A stretch of 63,999 bases of DNA, filler included, from Dimargaris cristalligena (lineage: Eukaryota), in NCBI GenBank assembly GCA_003614675.1. It is 9 parts of 9 records of this genome, joined end to end, with 100 filler letters (N's around TTAATTAATTAA, not from the genome) between each part and the next. Parts side by side here need not be neighbours in the genome. Positions count along the whole stretch, not along the records: positions 43,883 to 51,059 come from ML003445.1; positions 51,160 to 58,333 come from ML003446.1; positions 58,434 to 63,999 come from ML003612.1; 6 more parts are not named here. One strand, given 5' to 3'. The position numbers and the translations under genes are program-made. Positions 50,975 to 63,496 of the stretch are shown piece by piece (the stretch's first letter is position 1; each line of letters opens with the position of its first letter). The notes below the pieces were generated by a model that saw only the letters and a program-made list of their open reading frames with translations, made no database searches and was not told where the DNA came from.

Positions 50975-52352
50975 TGGTGTTGTGGCCGGGCCTGCTTAAT
51001 CTCTAATAGCATATCCCAGCCAAACTATTTTTAGTTTAGAAAAGATGAAGAACATCACTNNNNNNNNNNNNNNNNNNNNNNNNNNNNNNNNNNNNNNNNN
51101 NNNTTAATTAATTAANNNNNNNNNNNNNNNNNNNNNNNNNNNNNNNNNNNNNNNNNNNNCCCCCCGTTTGGCCCAGATGGATACCATCTCTACTTGTTCG
51201 TTTTCGAGTAAGCACCCATTTTCTTTACTACCCGCATTTGTTTTGGAAGCTATTTTCCCCAAAGAAGCTCCAAATTATCGCTGTCAATGGGAAGTTTGGG
51301 CCTTGTACACTTTAGTATTCCGTTTTATGATAAAAGCAGCACCATCTACTCCTCCAAGGCCCGCCCACGTGCATTGGTGTAAATATTATATTAGTCAATC
51401 ACGTAACTATCGCACTTGAGTCCATTGGATAGGCACCTACTTGATTGGGCGTACCTGTTAACCTAGACTAATTAGCCAGGAGGGAATGTCAATTTATATG
51501 ACCTTGCCTTACTATAAGTTACTAAATAATATGGGTGTGTAAAGAGACTTGCATAAATGCTAGAAATATGGTGTCAGTTCTTAGGGTAATATAAGGACAA
51601 TGTCTACACAGATCTGGGATGTCGAAGTAGACAGTTGCTATAGGAATCAGGTTTCTTAAAGGATAACCATTAGCTACTTGGCAGAATAGATAAGAAATGT
51701 GTTAATTGCGTCCCTCTTAATCGTGGGGAATTGAGGAAGTCACTCCCAGGCAATTCATCGTCTTGGTCTAAGGCCTACTTGGTAAACCTGACATTCTGGC
51801 CTGTTCAGTGCGGTCCCCATATGGGGCAGCCCTACTACTATATCCTATTGTAAAACAAACTTTTGTTACCAACTATAATCCTAACAGTTAAGTATGTTAT
51901 TCATAACTTTCAGTTAACATTTTCAGTACTGAATTACTTGATTTTTGTATTGAGACTCTTCCGCCGTTTTGTAAGATGTAGTGACATTTATCCACTTTCA
52001 TGGTTTTTCGCTTTGCATCCAAAGTTACGCCAATACCATACGATAATTAGTGTATTATACTGCTAGTGACGAATATTTAGAGCCATCCGTATTCTCCTCG
52101 CTCTCCTATTAGCATTTATGCATTTATAATGGTCATTGCTGGATGTAGACATTCGCCCATTTAGCCTTGACAACTACACTCGCACAGTCATGGGGTGAAG
52201 ACAGTGGTAGTATTCAGATAAATGAAAAAGTCCTTCTAGGGCTGATAAGCCAAACGAGTCAGCCAAAAATAGTCTATAGTGGCTTATATTAGACTATCTC
52301 GAACTTCTGGTGATAGGCTAAAAAAATTCAATAGTATCATACTTGACTATAT

Positions 52353-52488
52353 GGGAGAGGTTCAACCAAGCTGTGCAACGAAAAATCCGTTGGATGAAGT
52401 GAATATCACTGGTTAAAAATAAATCTCCCGTATATTACCCCATACATGTATCATTTAAAACCCTATACAGCTGGGCCGCATTTCACCC
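52353..52488 (+). mobile_element. MITE (family C)
   Basis: ATAT-GGGAGAGGTTCAACC...ATTTCACCC-ATAT. Confidence 0.85.
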
Positions 52489-53200
52489 ATATGGTTGGGG
52501 TGGCACCGGGCCAATCAATGGACACCTGTGGTTGTGAAATAGGGAAACATCGGCAACGAGGGAAAGGGCATTGGGTGGACCCATAGGTCCACAAGTCGAA
52601 CCATATATTATCCTGTAACAGCCGTCTCAACCACCAGCAACTGTGGCTTAGTTCTACGTCCTTCCGGGTATTATGGGAGAGAAGGGGGTTGGAGCAATCT
52701 GCTATAGGACTTCCAGGGATAGATGCCAGATGAAGTGCATTCACAAGGTGATGGCTATATTTTTGTAATATTGCCACCCAACCAATATATGTACCCGAGC
52801 ACACCATGTACCCCCATATAAGACTTGGTGAAGGTACTCTCATACTTTAGTGTTACCGATCTACGCCTAATAATTGACCTGGGAGTGAAGAGAATATAGC
52901 GAATTGGCCCTTTGGAACTATTCAATTCATTAAAAATCCAGGGAGAACAGGCGGATTTCTCTTTTTGAGGTGTATAAATAGACATAGCTTCGCCCCCCGT
53001 ATTCAACGGCCATCTACTCCATCATCCACTACACCTGGGATACACCGTGAACAACTTTATTGCCCGCAAATTATTCGCCACATTAGTTCTTCGCCTCCAA
53101 CTACTTCACCGCACTATTCCTTTTTTTCTTGACAGGAACTCCCGCCCGCCCAACTTAGCTGTCTTTACTTTTATACCCTCCACTGTCTACCCTTAGCAAA

Positions 53201-53941
53201 ATGCGTCTCTTTGGAGTAACTTCCCTGCTCATCCTGGGCGCCCTCGCCCTCAGCCATGCCGCCGACCAGGACAATCACGATATCAACTTGAATGACTTCG
53301 TCAATGCCAGAAGCCCTGAAATTGGATACGAAGATGCCATTACGGATCTGATCCAAGGCCCCTTTTTTAGGGAAGCGACCTGGCAAGAAACTTCCGAGTA
53401 CCTTGGAGGGCTTAACGGGAATGAGCTGACCATGTACATTGGTTTACTCGAACACTATATGGACGACGAGGAAGTTGAACGAGCCCACTTCAATGAACAG
53501 GAAACATCCCTTGACTATATTGTTGGAGGTCACCACGAAGATTCGGTGGTCAACACAGCACGCTACCGGGCCGAGGCCAGTGGTTCTGGCTCGGGAAGTA
53601 GTAACCGCTCGGCCCAGACACTCCGACCTCTCGCTCCCAAAACATCGCACGGAATCCCCGCCGATGTGCAAGCATGGGTTGGCCATATGCAGCCCATCTA
53701 TGAGCAAATGAAGAAGGATTTGAATCATCGCTTCGACTGTCCGGTATGTAAAAAAGAATTTACTCAGCGCTATGCTCGCGATCGTCATCTGCGCATTCAC
53801 ACAGGTGAAAAACCTTATGGTTGCGATCAGTGTGGTAAAGGATTCGCGCGTAAAGATAAACTAAATTTGCATCAATTGAAAGACAAAAACTGCAGTCAAG
53901 GCGCAAACTGCCCCCCCGGCAATGAATCACACAAGCTATAA
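53201..53941 (+). CDS. Protein with signal peptide, acidic region and two tandem C2H2/C2HC zinc fingers (246 aa, intronless)
   Basis: MRLFGVTSLLILGALALSHA-AD N-terminus. CPVCKKEFTQRYARDRHLRIH, linker TGEKPY, then CDQCGKGFARKDKLNLHQLKDKNC. TATAAAT at about 52973. Confidence 0.88.
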   Translation: MRLFGVTSLLILGALALSHAADQDNHDINLNDFVNARSPEIGYEDAITDLIQGPFFREATWQETSEYLGGLNGNELTMYIGLLEHYMDDEEVERAHFNEQETSLDYIVGGHHEDSVVNTARYRAEASGSGSGSSNRSAQTLRPLAPKTSHGIPADVQAWVGHMQPIYEQMKKDLNHRFDCPVCKKEFTQRYARDRHLRIHTGEKPYGCDQCGKGFARKDKLNLHQLKDKNCSQGANCPPGNESHKL

Positions 53942-54271
53942 GTAGGTAAAGCCAGTTGAGGTGTCTTATCACTTTCAGGCAGTTTTGCTGACCGTAACCA
54001 GTGCGATTTTTTGGTCCTACTACCTCTTGTTCAAGCCAACCTTTCCTTTAAAATGATTTTGTTAAACAAGCTAAATTGTGTTTTGGATTTGACCATTAAA
54101 TGTAGAACTGGATAATACATAGCCACATTGTAATTGTGACTAGTGTATACTACACTAATTGAATAAATGGATTATTGAAATATAAGTTTATCTTGTAATT
54201 ATTTTGACTAGGCCCATTACCTTTGCTACATCTTTAATTTTTCTTAATTTATACTAACACATTTTCTACAG

Positions 54272-54576
54272 TGTCACTCATACTAACTAACTCCAATCTA
54301 GCCCAGTTAGCCTGTAACTATATAAAGCCATATTATGCCATACTACCCTTCCCTTAGCCATATATAGTACTATAGGAATATTATATATTATTATATCTCC
54401 TTTCCAACCCAAGGCTCTGCCTTCCCACTACTCACTTAAGGGTTAACCCTATGACTCTTCCAGTGACTATTAGGGTTTTTAGATACCAGTATCCTTTTAT
54501 CTTAGTAGTATTCCTCATAGGATGCTCCCTCTAGAGCCATCTCTATATATAAATTATGGGGTTCTATTATGGCCAA
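54272..54576 (+). mobile_element. Older, more decayed family-A-like LTR fragment
   Basis: Starts TGTCAC. Contains the CCCTCTAGAG...TATATATAA segment shared with family A; cut by the younger LTR. Confidence 0.55.
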
Positions 54577-55159
54577 TGTCAGACCTTCTAATCTAACTTA
54601 ATCCAGACACTATACTATCCATCCCCATTAGGCCTTATAGTACCATATTAACCTTCCCATGGTCACCCCTAGTACTATGGGATAACCCTATATCATATAA
54701 CTATTCCCCTTCCAGACTCCTTAGTTTGCACTAATTACTCCTGTGCTGATCTGATGACCCTTCTGGTTCCCAATAGAGTCTTCCAAGTCCTCATGGCCAT
54801 CTGGTTGGCCTATTTATCTTACCTTAATCTTGGTAGTACCTTCTACTGGGGACCTCCCTTTAGAGTCATCCCCTGCATATATATAACCAACCCCCATTGG
54901 GACCGGTTCAATTCCTTAGCTTATTCTGACCCCCTAGTTTATCCCAATAAACCCTATATATGCTCACTCCCCTTATACCAACTAGTAAGTGTGCCCACTG
55001 CATAACCCTTATATGTACCTACATCCAGTAACCTTTACTAGTTAGTATTATGCCCTTACCTAATGCTAGGACCCACTTGGCCAAGTCTAAGCCTCATCCA
55101 CCATTAGAAGCCTATCCTTGGGACTCTTGATGGACTAAAAGGGGTTAACCCAGGTGATA
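54577..55159 (+). mobile_element. LTR, family A
   Basis: TGTCAG...GGTGATA termini; full-length homology to 16956-17538. Confidence 0.88.
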
Positions 55160-56516
55160 GGCCCCACTTGGCCTGCTTAGTTATAATATAGTCCAACTAA
55201 ACCACACCCATATGTAAGATTGGTCATAGGATATTGGTAAATCATATATAATAGTGCCAATAATTATGGTATTATCCTATAGGCTAAACTATAAAAAAAT
55301 AGCTCTAACCTACTATAGGTAAATATAATTAGATTTTATTAAATAATTATCCTTTGGGAACATCGGGTTATATGATGACGTCATATATTTATATCATGTC
55401 ACTTTTAATTTTTATTATCAGATCAGATGGGTCAAAATGTAGTGAATTTTTAGAAATATATCCCCATTGATGACCCTAGAAATAAAGGTATGTGCACTCA
55501 GACAAAAAAAAATCCAATGAACTGTCAGGGCAGTAGGTGATTGGATCATGAAGTTTTAATCCCGTGATTTGGGATAATCATAAATACTCATTGGCCAATG
55601 ACTAGGAGGGAAAGTCATGTGATAATGGGGAAATATCACCTGCTTTTGTATGACTGGTCACAGGTTCCTTCCACTTGCAGGGGGATACAGAATAAATCGT
55701 TAATAGATACTCCATATCCCATGCTACTTGACACCAAAGAGTTTATGATAACTCCCCATCCTTCTGGACCTATAGAAAGCAGCACCACCACTAGAGTTTA
55801 CTATCAGTTTATCTGATACTTACTTGGTATATACTTTACATTCATCCTTTGAGAATCTCTTCAACCATTCTTCTTTACTTGCTCCTTTATAAATCTGAAT
55901 TGAGTCTTTGTTCAACATTACCAGTAAGCCTTAACTAGGGTTTTCCAACTCCATTTTCTTCTCTGACCCTCCTATTTACACCCTCTACTTACTTACCAGT
56001 CACTCTTTAATTTTGACTTTATTGGACTGCCAGGCCTTAGTTCTGTCCATATCTCCTAAAGGTCTTTTAGGTGAAACCCCTTTTTCTTTTTGGAAAGCAT
56101 TCTTCGGTGACACAGCCCTTTTCCTAACCACAATTCGCTGTAGTCTTTTATTTTCAGGTCTTTGGCACCCCGAAGCTGAATCCATAGGCTTAACCCTAGA
56201 AGCCATTGAATAATCAGCGAGATTGACCCCCTCCCTCCATTTTCGTACTATATTCTTCTAGTGAATTTCTTTCCTTGTAAACTTCCCTTAGTCGAACTAC
56301 TACAGGCCACCGTTCCTCCTTGATTCCTGGACAGGTGGAAATATTCCTTCACTCCGCATTTATCATTGCTTTTCCAACACCGTCGCTCGTTTTAGCGGAT
56401 ACCCGCTCCTTCCAATTGTTCAGCGCTTTCCAATCGGCTCTTCTTAATTGGCGCGTACTTCTCAGGGTACACCTTGCACAGCCCCCAAACCAGGCTTTTC
56501 GCCAATCTTTTATACA

Positions 56517-58333
56517 ATGGTAAGTGTATCTATCGTCGAGTACCCTGCTTCTGGTGCGTCCTATTGCCTCGAATGCTGGGTACTTATCACTTTAACCACC
56601 GAGAGGTCGAATTGTCTTTCCGTTCACCATCGTCCTGGGGTGCTTGCTGTTTAATGTTTGCCCCTGTCTGGTCTTGAAAACTGGAGCTACCAAACCAACA
56701 TACATAGTAGGACATAGGGCTATCTGATTACTTGGTTCCATTGTTGCTCTTTTCATTCAAGTGACCGCCCAAAGCCACACTATACTCATTTTTCATAGTC
56801 ACCCCTCAGGCTAAGCATATTGAGTAAACAATTAATTCAAAAAACAAACAAATAATAACTAGCATCGTGTCTTTCTAATACCCTCCTATTTGATACCCCC
56901 TGCAACATCCCTACAGACAATGGTTGGCCCTGATTTAAAGACGGAACAAGTACTCTGGACGGAGCCGATACAGCTTCCCTACTCCCTCCAAGAAAATAAC
57001 CCGCTTCTACCAACCGCTAGTCTACCTATGGCTATGGATATCACTGACTCGTGTTCCTTACCTTTAGTTTCCTCCTCCCCGGCCGCGTCTCCAGCACCGA
57101 CCTTAGTCGCGAACCCAGTGGCCACTGTCGTTGATTATGTGTCCCCTACGAAGCCTCCTGAACACACCCCAGCGGCTACCGAAGCTGCCTCGGAGGAAGA
57201 AGAAGAGCTATATGAGGTCGAGAGTATTGTCAACCATCGGAGGGTGCGTGGGACCGTCGAATACCTTATTAAGTGGAAAGGGTACACCGAGGAGTGGAAT
57301 ACCTGGGAGCCTCGCAATAACCTGAACTGCACGGCTTTGGTCCGCCAGTACTATCGGTCCTTGAACAAGGCCTCAGCCCCGGCCAAGCCAACTTTTAAGA
57401 GTACTCTAGATAGGTTTTTGGCAAGCAACCCCACACCTACAACGACATATAGCCCATCGCTTCTAGCCTCAACACCCGTTACTCACCCGGAGCCAGTCCC
57501 GGTCCAACCTTCGGCCCCAACCCCAAAAGCCCAACCACCCGTGGTAGCCGACCCTTCCTGGCTACCTCTTAAACAGGAAATCCCCCAGAACCCCACAGCT
57601 GGGATTAGAAAGACCGCGGCCTCGACCAAGCGGGGCCAGCGCCTCCGTCGGGGGCTTCACTCCGAATCCATCGACGTGGTCCGGATGAAGCCCAACATTA
57701 GGCGGTTCCTGGATGCCGTCTCCCACGCCAAGGGGCCACCCATTTCCGTGGTTAACGAAGTGGACGACGACGGCCCACCACTGACGTTCACCTATATTGA
57801 CAAGTCCATCATCGGACCGACTATTACGCCCCCCGACCCAGGTACGGCCCTGGGATGCCAATGTCCCCATAACTGTGATGGCCTTTCGTCTACCCATGAC
57901 TGCCTGTGCACTTTCCACACGGATAGGCAATGTGCCTATGATTTGAATGGCCGACTCACTCTGGCCCCCGGGTTCCCCATCTACGAATGTAATTCCAAAT
58001 GCCGGTGCGGGCCTCGGTGTCCCAACAGGGTGATTCAAAAGGGGCCCCAAGTCAAGGTGGAAATCTTCAAGACCGTCAATAAAGGCTGGGGCGTACGGGC
58101 CCGCCAGGCCATCCCCAAGGGCACCTTTATCGCGGAATACGTTGGCGAAATCATTAATGCGGCGGAAGCTGATCGCCGGGCAGAGGTGTACGATGGCATC
58201 GGCATTACCTATCTTTTCGACCTGGACCACGAAGTCCCCGCCGAGCAGTCCCCTGAATACACCATTGATGCCTACCATTGCGGTAACTTTTCGCACTTCT
58301 TTAACCATTCGTGCGACCCTAACCTGGCCGTGT
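56517..58333 (+). CDS. clr4: Clr4/SUV39H histone H3K9 methyltransferase (chromodomain, pre-SET, SET), 3' truncated. Probable ATG-only first coding exon 56517-56519, main exon from 56917
   Basis: Chromodomain YEVESIVNHR...YLIKWKGY...NTWEP. Pre-SET cysteine cluster ECNSKCRC...CPNRVIQ. SET motifs KGWGV, YVGEII, YLFDLD and FFNHSCDPN. Confidence 0.95.
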
Positions 58334-58997
58334 NNNNNNNNNNNNNNNNNNNNNNNNNNNNNNNNNNNNNNNNNNNNTTAATTAATTAANNNNNNNNNNN
58401 NNNNNNNNNNNNNNNNNNNNNNNNNNNNNNNNNTCAATTGGAACTTTCATCCAAATCGTTATATAGCTTGATTGAACTTCTCCCATATTGATGGTAACGT
58501 TAACCAGATTCAATGGTATATATCTTAGGCATTTTTATCACGTGACCATTCTTCCCAGCCTTCTGCATCTAAAATAGCCTATTGCGGATGTAGGAGTTGG
58601 TCCAGGTATATTTTATCCAGTGGTAAGTCAGTCGCACAAAATGCCTGCTTGGTTAGGGAAAAAAAATATCGAGAAAATTGGTTGATGAACCAGTAGTAAT
58701 GATTGAAGCTCAGCGTTTGTAAAAAAAAGCCGTTACTTCGGTTATGTTCAACTATTGTACAGGTGGAATTTGTCCAGCTACGTTAGCTTTTCTTTCGAGT
58801 CATTCAGTGGGCCCTTTGCCAGTTATTCGACCGCAACTTTGCTGCCGTTCCTGTTCCTTTAGGAGTATCCTTGTTAACCCATTCTACTCGCCCCCCGTAT
58901 AGCTCACTGGTGGTGTACACGTCCATTCCCGATTTAAGTTACGAGGCCGATCTCCGAACCTAGTTGCCTTTTCCCTTTATTTTACTCATTATTCACC

Positions 58998-61900
58998 ATG
59001 GCCCAGGAAACGGCTACTGACCTTTATAATGTGAGCCTCTTCCAGCTCCAAATGGAGGAGCTTCTCAAAGAAGTGCGTCTGCCGTATGCCACATTTACTC
59101 CCCTCCAACACGCCCTTCAGCAACTTCGCGAGCTTTTCACCCAAATCGAAGCTCGTGCTGCCCAACCCATTCATGAGGCTGTTAGCGCATTCCCCGCCCA
59201 ATTCTCGGACCGCGTAGCCCTGCCATTTCCGCCCGGTCTGCCACTGCCGGAAGCCAAGTGGACGATGACCGTCAGCCCGCCGCAAAATTTAAATGTGGCC
59301 GGTAGTTTTGGTTTGCAGACCGCTGTATGGACGCACCAAGGCTTTAATGTCGATATGACGGTGGAGATGCCCGATTCTCTGTTCGATGCGCGGGATAATA
59401 ACCACCATATTTATTTCACCAAGCGGGCCTACTATTTGGGCGTGCTGGCGGCGGCCCTGATCAACCATGTTGACCCGACGTCCGGCCTGCCCTTGACCGA
59501 GCATTGGGACATTGGTTTCGCCTCTCTGCGTGGCGACCCCCGGCGTCCTATTCTAATCATCCGAGCCCGGCCCGACCAGTCTGAACTTGATTTCTCGGCG
59601 ACCCGCGCTACGATTCGCATTCTACCCGTGCTCTCCGCTCAGGCTATCCCCCACCGGCGACTCGAGCCTACGTTCAACAGTTTCCCGGGGATTATCAACC
59701 CGGCCGATTCCCCCGACGGGACCGCCAGTACCCCAATCTATAACTCCCTGATCCTCGAGGATGCCCTTATTACTTCCCACCTAGAGTACCTGTACAAAGT
59801 AGTGAGCGGCAGCTCCCACTTTAGCGATGCCTGTGCGCTGGCGAAGGTTTGGCTGAGCCAGCAGGGCTACCGTAGCGACAATGAGACGGCCCACCAATTT
59901 AACGGGTTTGTTTGGTCCATGCTATTAGCTTACCTGCTCAAGGCCGGCGGGTCTAAGAATAGTCGTGTGCTTTCCAACCAAATGACCGGCTACCAATTAT
60001 TCCGAGGTACTCTCAACTTTTTGGCTACCCATGACTTTGCGGATCAACCGCTAATCTTCCGCAAGGACGTACAGGCCCAGCTCAATGACCATCAAGCCGT
60101 GGCGGCTGCCCCCTATCTGTTTTTGGATCCTACGGGTAAACTCAACCTTCTCCGAATGGTGAGTCCCGCCGAAATGAATTACCTTCAGTACAAGGCCCGT
60201 CTAACAATGACCCACATGAGTGATTCCGAGGGCGACAATTTCGTGGCGCTATTCCTTCGCCCCCACACCGATCCCCTGCTTGCCTTTGATTACCACCTCA
60301 AGCTCCAGGATATCGTTACTTCCGATTTTCCTCTAAGTCATATTGACGCGGTCACCAAGGCGCCCCAGGTAAATGATACCGTCAACCGGCTGCAGGACCT
60401 TCTTGTGCGTGGCCTTACCGACCGGGTTCAGCTGATTACTATCATTCCGGCTGCTCAGGCCGCCTGGGCACTCAATAGGGTACCCCCTACCAAAACCGCT
60501 GTTTCGGCCACCGTAGGTCTGATTGTGGATCCCGTCAACTCCACCCGCCTGGTGGATCGGGGTCCGTCTCCCGAGGACGAAGAAGCCGCTCAGGCTTTCC
60601 GTAAGCTATGGGGTAAACGGGCTGAATTGCGTCGATTCCGTGACGGCACCATGCTCGAATCCACCGTATGGGAACGCCAGACTACCGACAGTCGGGCCCT
60701 AATTATTGTCGATATGGTCGCTTATTTATTTGGTCGCCATTGCCCTTCACTAGCCAAGGACCTGGACTACATTCCCGGCCGGCTTTATGCCACCATCCTG
60801 GCCGACCCCCACCGAATTGATATGCCCGGATTCCAGAACTCGTTTGCGGAACCGCTGCGGGCTTTTAATGACCTCGTTCAGCAGCTCAAGACCTTGTCCA
60901 AGTTGCCCTTATCCATTACCGACATTAATCCAGTGTCGGCGAATTTGCGTTACACGTCCCTGTTTCCCCCGGCTTCAGCGCTAAATGCCATGCATCTTCG
61001 TTCGAAAAGTCCGTCTAACGAACTGAATACCCACTTTTTGGAACCCATGGAGGCCAACCTAGTTTTGGCTGATTCAGTGCGTTGGCCCGCCGACTTGGTG
61101 ACCATCCAAGCCTTTAAACGGGTGTTTTTCGTGAAATTGCAGCGCTGTCTGGCCCAAGCCCGCCCAGCCCATGCCAGTGTCGTGGTGGCCCCCGAGTACG
61201 CGACCCACCAAAGCCCCATCCACCCTTACACCCACCTGGATATTATCACCGCTTCAGGGTTCCCCGTTCGACTGTGGCTCCATAGCCCCCAGGAGTTGGA
61301 GATGTTAGAGCAGCTGGCTTTGGATCCCCAACGCCCCCTCACCGTGGCCCCTCAGCTCGAACTCCGCCGGATATTTGCCGATTACGTTACGCAGTTTGTC
61401 CGTCGCCCGTGGCACCACGCCCGCATCCGCTACCTGTGCCAGAACCACCCATCGATGGCCCAAACCATCCGACTAGTGAAGCGCTGGACAGCCGCCCACC
61501 AATTAGGCCTCACCGCCACCACGTTACCCGAAGAGGCCCTGGAACTCATTGTGGCCCAGGTGTACTTGTGCCCCAGCCCCTGGTCAGCCCCCGGTAGCGG
61601 AGTGGCTGGCTTCTTCCGCACATTGCACTTGCTGGCCCACCATGACTGGAAACGGGAACCACTTATTGTGAACATAGAGGAGTCGATGGAACCCCACGTG
61701 CGTGACGAAATTATGACTGAATTCAAACTGAACCGGCAGTCGAGTTCGACCGCCCACCTGTCCGGCCAGGTCGAGGCCAGCGGCCCCGGCCGCAAGAAGC
61801 GATCGGCTCCCGAACCGACGGGCGTGCTGGCCCCCAAAGGGAATCTGATCCCCATGTATATTGCCACGGCCCAGGACACCCAAAGTCAGTGGTGGACCGC

Positions 61901-62549
61901 CGAACACCCGCAAAAGGTGGTCCTCAATCGGCTGGTTGCCTTGGCCCAGGCGTCTCTAGCGTGCGTAGCTGATTCCAATGACTCTACTAAGCAAATGACA
62001 GCCCAATGGGCTAGCCTGTTGACCCCCTCCCTTGACCATTTCGACCTACTCCTCCACTTGAACCCGAAGGTAATCACTCGGCGCTGGCAGCGTCTTGACC
62101 TGCCCGCCTTTGTCCACGTTAGCTGCCTCACTCCCGATCATTACCTAGAAAAGAACAAGGATGGTTTAACAAAAGCCCATGATACCTCCGCGGATTCGGT
62201 TGCCTCGCGTCTCAAGAAGGTCGGCCCCGTTGCCGTAAACACTATTGGATTCGACCCTGTGGCGATGTTCCTCCGGGACCTACAAGCTATTTATAAGGAT
62301 ACTTTGATGTTCTTTGCTGAACCCTATGGGTCTAATGTAGTTGGAGCCCTGTGGCTTCCCGGTGCTGCTAAAGAACGCCCGCTGCGGAGCGATTCGCAGT
62401 TAAACACTGTGCCCGTTTCCCGTCTATCGGACGAGCCATCCAAATCTTCTTCGGGCCAGGTTACCCTAAACGCCGACATTGTTATCACCGAAATCAAACG
62501 ACTAGGCGAGGGCGTCATTAAGAGCATTACAGTCCAGCGTCTTCCATAA
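58998..62549 (+). CDS. UTP22: Nrap protein / U3 snoRNA-associated Utp22 (NOL6), 1183 aa
   Basis: SLFQLQMEELL, VAGSF, DMTVEMP, YFTKRAYYL, FRKLWGKRAELRRFRDG, IRLVKRW and GFDPV motifs. Confidence 0.95.
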   Translation: MAQETATDLYNVSLFQLQMEELLKEVRLPYATFTPLQHALQQLRELFTQIEARAAQPIHEAVSAFPAQFSDRVALPFPPGLPLPEAKWTMTVSPPQNLNVAGSFGLQTAVWTHQGFNVDMTVEMPDSLFDARDNNHHIYFTKRAYYLGVLAAALINHVDPTSGLPLTEHWDIGFASLRGDPRRPILIIRARPDQSELDFSATRATIRILPVLSAQAIPHRRLEPTFNSFPGIINPADSPDGTASTPIYNSLILEDALITSHLEYLYKVVSGSSHFSDACALAKVWLSQQGYRSDNETAHQFNGFVWSMLLAYLLKAGGSKNSRVLSNQMTGYQLFRGTLNFLATHDFADQPLIFRKDVQAQLNDHQAVAAAPYLFLDPTGKLNLLRMVSPAEMNYLQYKARLTMTHMSDSEGDNFVALFLRPHTDPLLAFDYHLKLQDIVTSDFPLSHIDAVTKAPQVNDTVNRLQDLLVRGLTDRVQLITIIPAAQAAWALNRVPPTKTAVSATVGLIVDPVNSTRLVDRGPSPEDEEAAQAFRKLWGKRAELRRFRDGTMLESTVWERQTTDSRALIIVDMVAYLFGRHCPSLAKDLDYIPGRLYATILADPHRIDMPGFQNSFAEPLRAFNDLVQQLKTLSKLPLSITDINPVSANLRYTSLFPPASALNAMHLRSKSPSNELNTHFLEPMEANLVLADSVRWPADLVTIQAFKRVFFVKLQRCLAQARPAHASVVVAPEYATHQSPIHPYTHLDIITASGFPVRLWLHSPQELEMLEQLALDPQRPLTVAPQLELRRIFADYVTQFVRRPWHHARIRYLCQNHPSMAQTIRLVKRWTAAHQLGLTATTLPEEALELIVAQVYLCPSPWSAPGSGVAGFFRTLHLLAHHDWKREPLIVNIEESMEPHVRDEIMTEFKLNRQSSSTAHLSGQVEASGPGRKKRSAPEPTGVLAPKGNLIPMYIATAQDTQSQWWTAEHPQKVVLNRLVALAQASLACVADSNDSTKQMTAQWASLLTPSLDHFDLLLHLNPKVITRRWQRLDLPAFVHVSCLTPDHYLEKNKDGLTKAHDTSADSVASRLKKVGPVAVNTIGFDPVAMFLRDLQAIYKDTLMFFAEPYGSNVVGALWLPGAAKERPLRSDSQLNTVPVSRLSDEPSKSSSGQVTLNADIVITEIKRLGEGVIKSITVQRLP

Positions 62550-63364
62550 TAGATTTAAGCTCTAGTCCCTCTTCGTACCCTCGTCTAGAGATTGGCCAAG
62601 GTTTATCACTTTATATTTTTCAGTTTACTTCATTCTCGTTTTTACAGCCTTAATCATCTATGGTATAGAATTTATTTTGGTGCATTAAATTTATAGTACA
62701 CTTTGAAGCAATAGTGGTATGCTGATTATGTCTTCGCGATACTTATCAAGGCAAATATGTTGCAAATATGGCACCTTAAACACAAAATGCCGGGCCAGCA
62801 TGGTTCACTAGTAATGATGCTCATCTTGATATATGAAAGAGATGATGAGAGATACTCGTCAACTCGAAAAACTAGTTATAGGAATACAATTGCCTTGAAG
62901 ATGCCATGGCCCAAGGTACATTAGAATGCTAGGAAGGCTAAGGTTAAATTATACGGTCAATTGACAAATCAAAATTACCACCAGATGAAAAGCATTGAAA
63001 ATTTTACCAGGACATTTTATAAAATGGCATGCTCAATAATACCCAGTCCCGTAGTTAAAATAACTGACCACTTCATACATTCCAATGACACACTACAATT
63101 GTTAACGTGATCATTATATATCTAACAATGGCAAATTTGAACAATTTTAAAGATGGTAAGAAATCTGCCACTTCAGAGTTTTTTTTTAGAACTATATAGC
63201 TGATTAATAAAATATATCACAAAATAAAGCCATCAAGAATAACATTATAATATGTAGAGTAGTGCATCTAATTCTATACTATAACTTAAGTTGTATATAC
63301 CACTACCAGAAGACCATCCAAACTGAATGATGCCAAAAACCAATTTAAGTTCATCAGATAATAT

Positions 63365-63496
63365 GAGAGAGGTTCAACAGCTGTATAACAAAAAATCCAT
63401 TGGATGAAACAAATATTACTGGTTAAAAAAATCTCCTATATATTATCACATATATTTATCATTTAAAACCTTATACAGCTGGGTTGGATTTCACCC
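63365..63496 (+). mobile_element. MITE (family C)
   Basis: ATAT-GAGAGAGGTTCAAC...GGATTTCACCC-ATAT; CpG-decayed copy. Confidence 0.85.

Noticed and set aside
57562..58308. 248-aa ORF antisense to clr4, and similar antisense ORFs over CARNMT1, fungalysin, UTP22 and the C4 genes
   Set aside because: They overlap well-supported genes on the opposite strand in GC-rich coding DNA.
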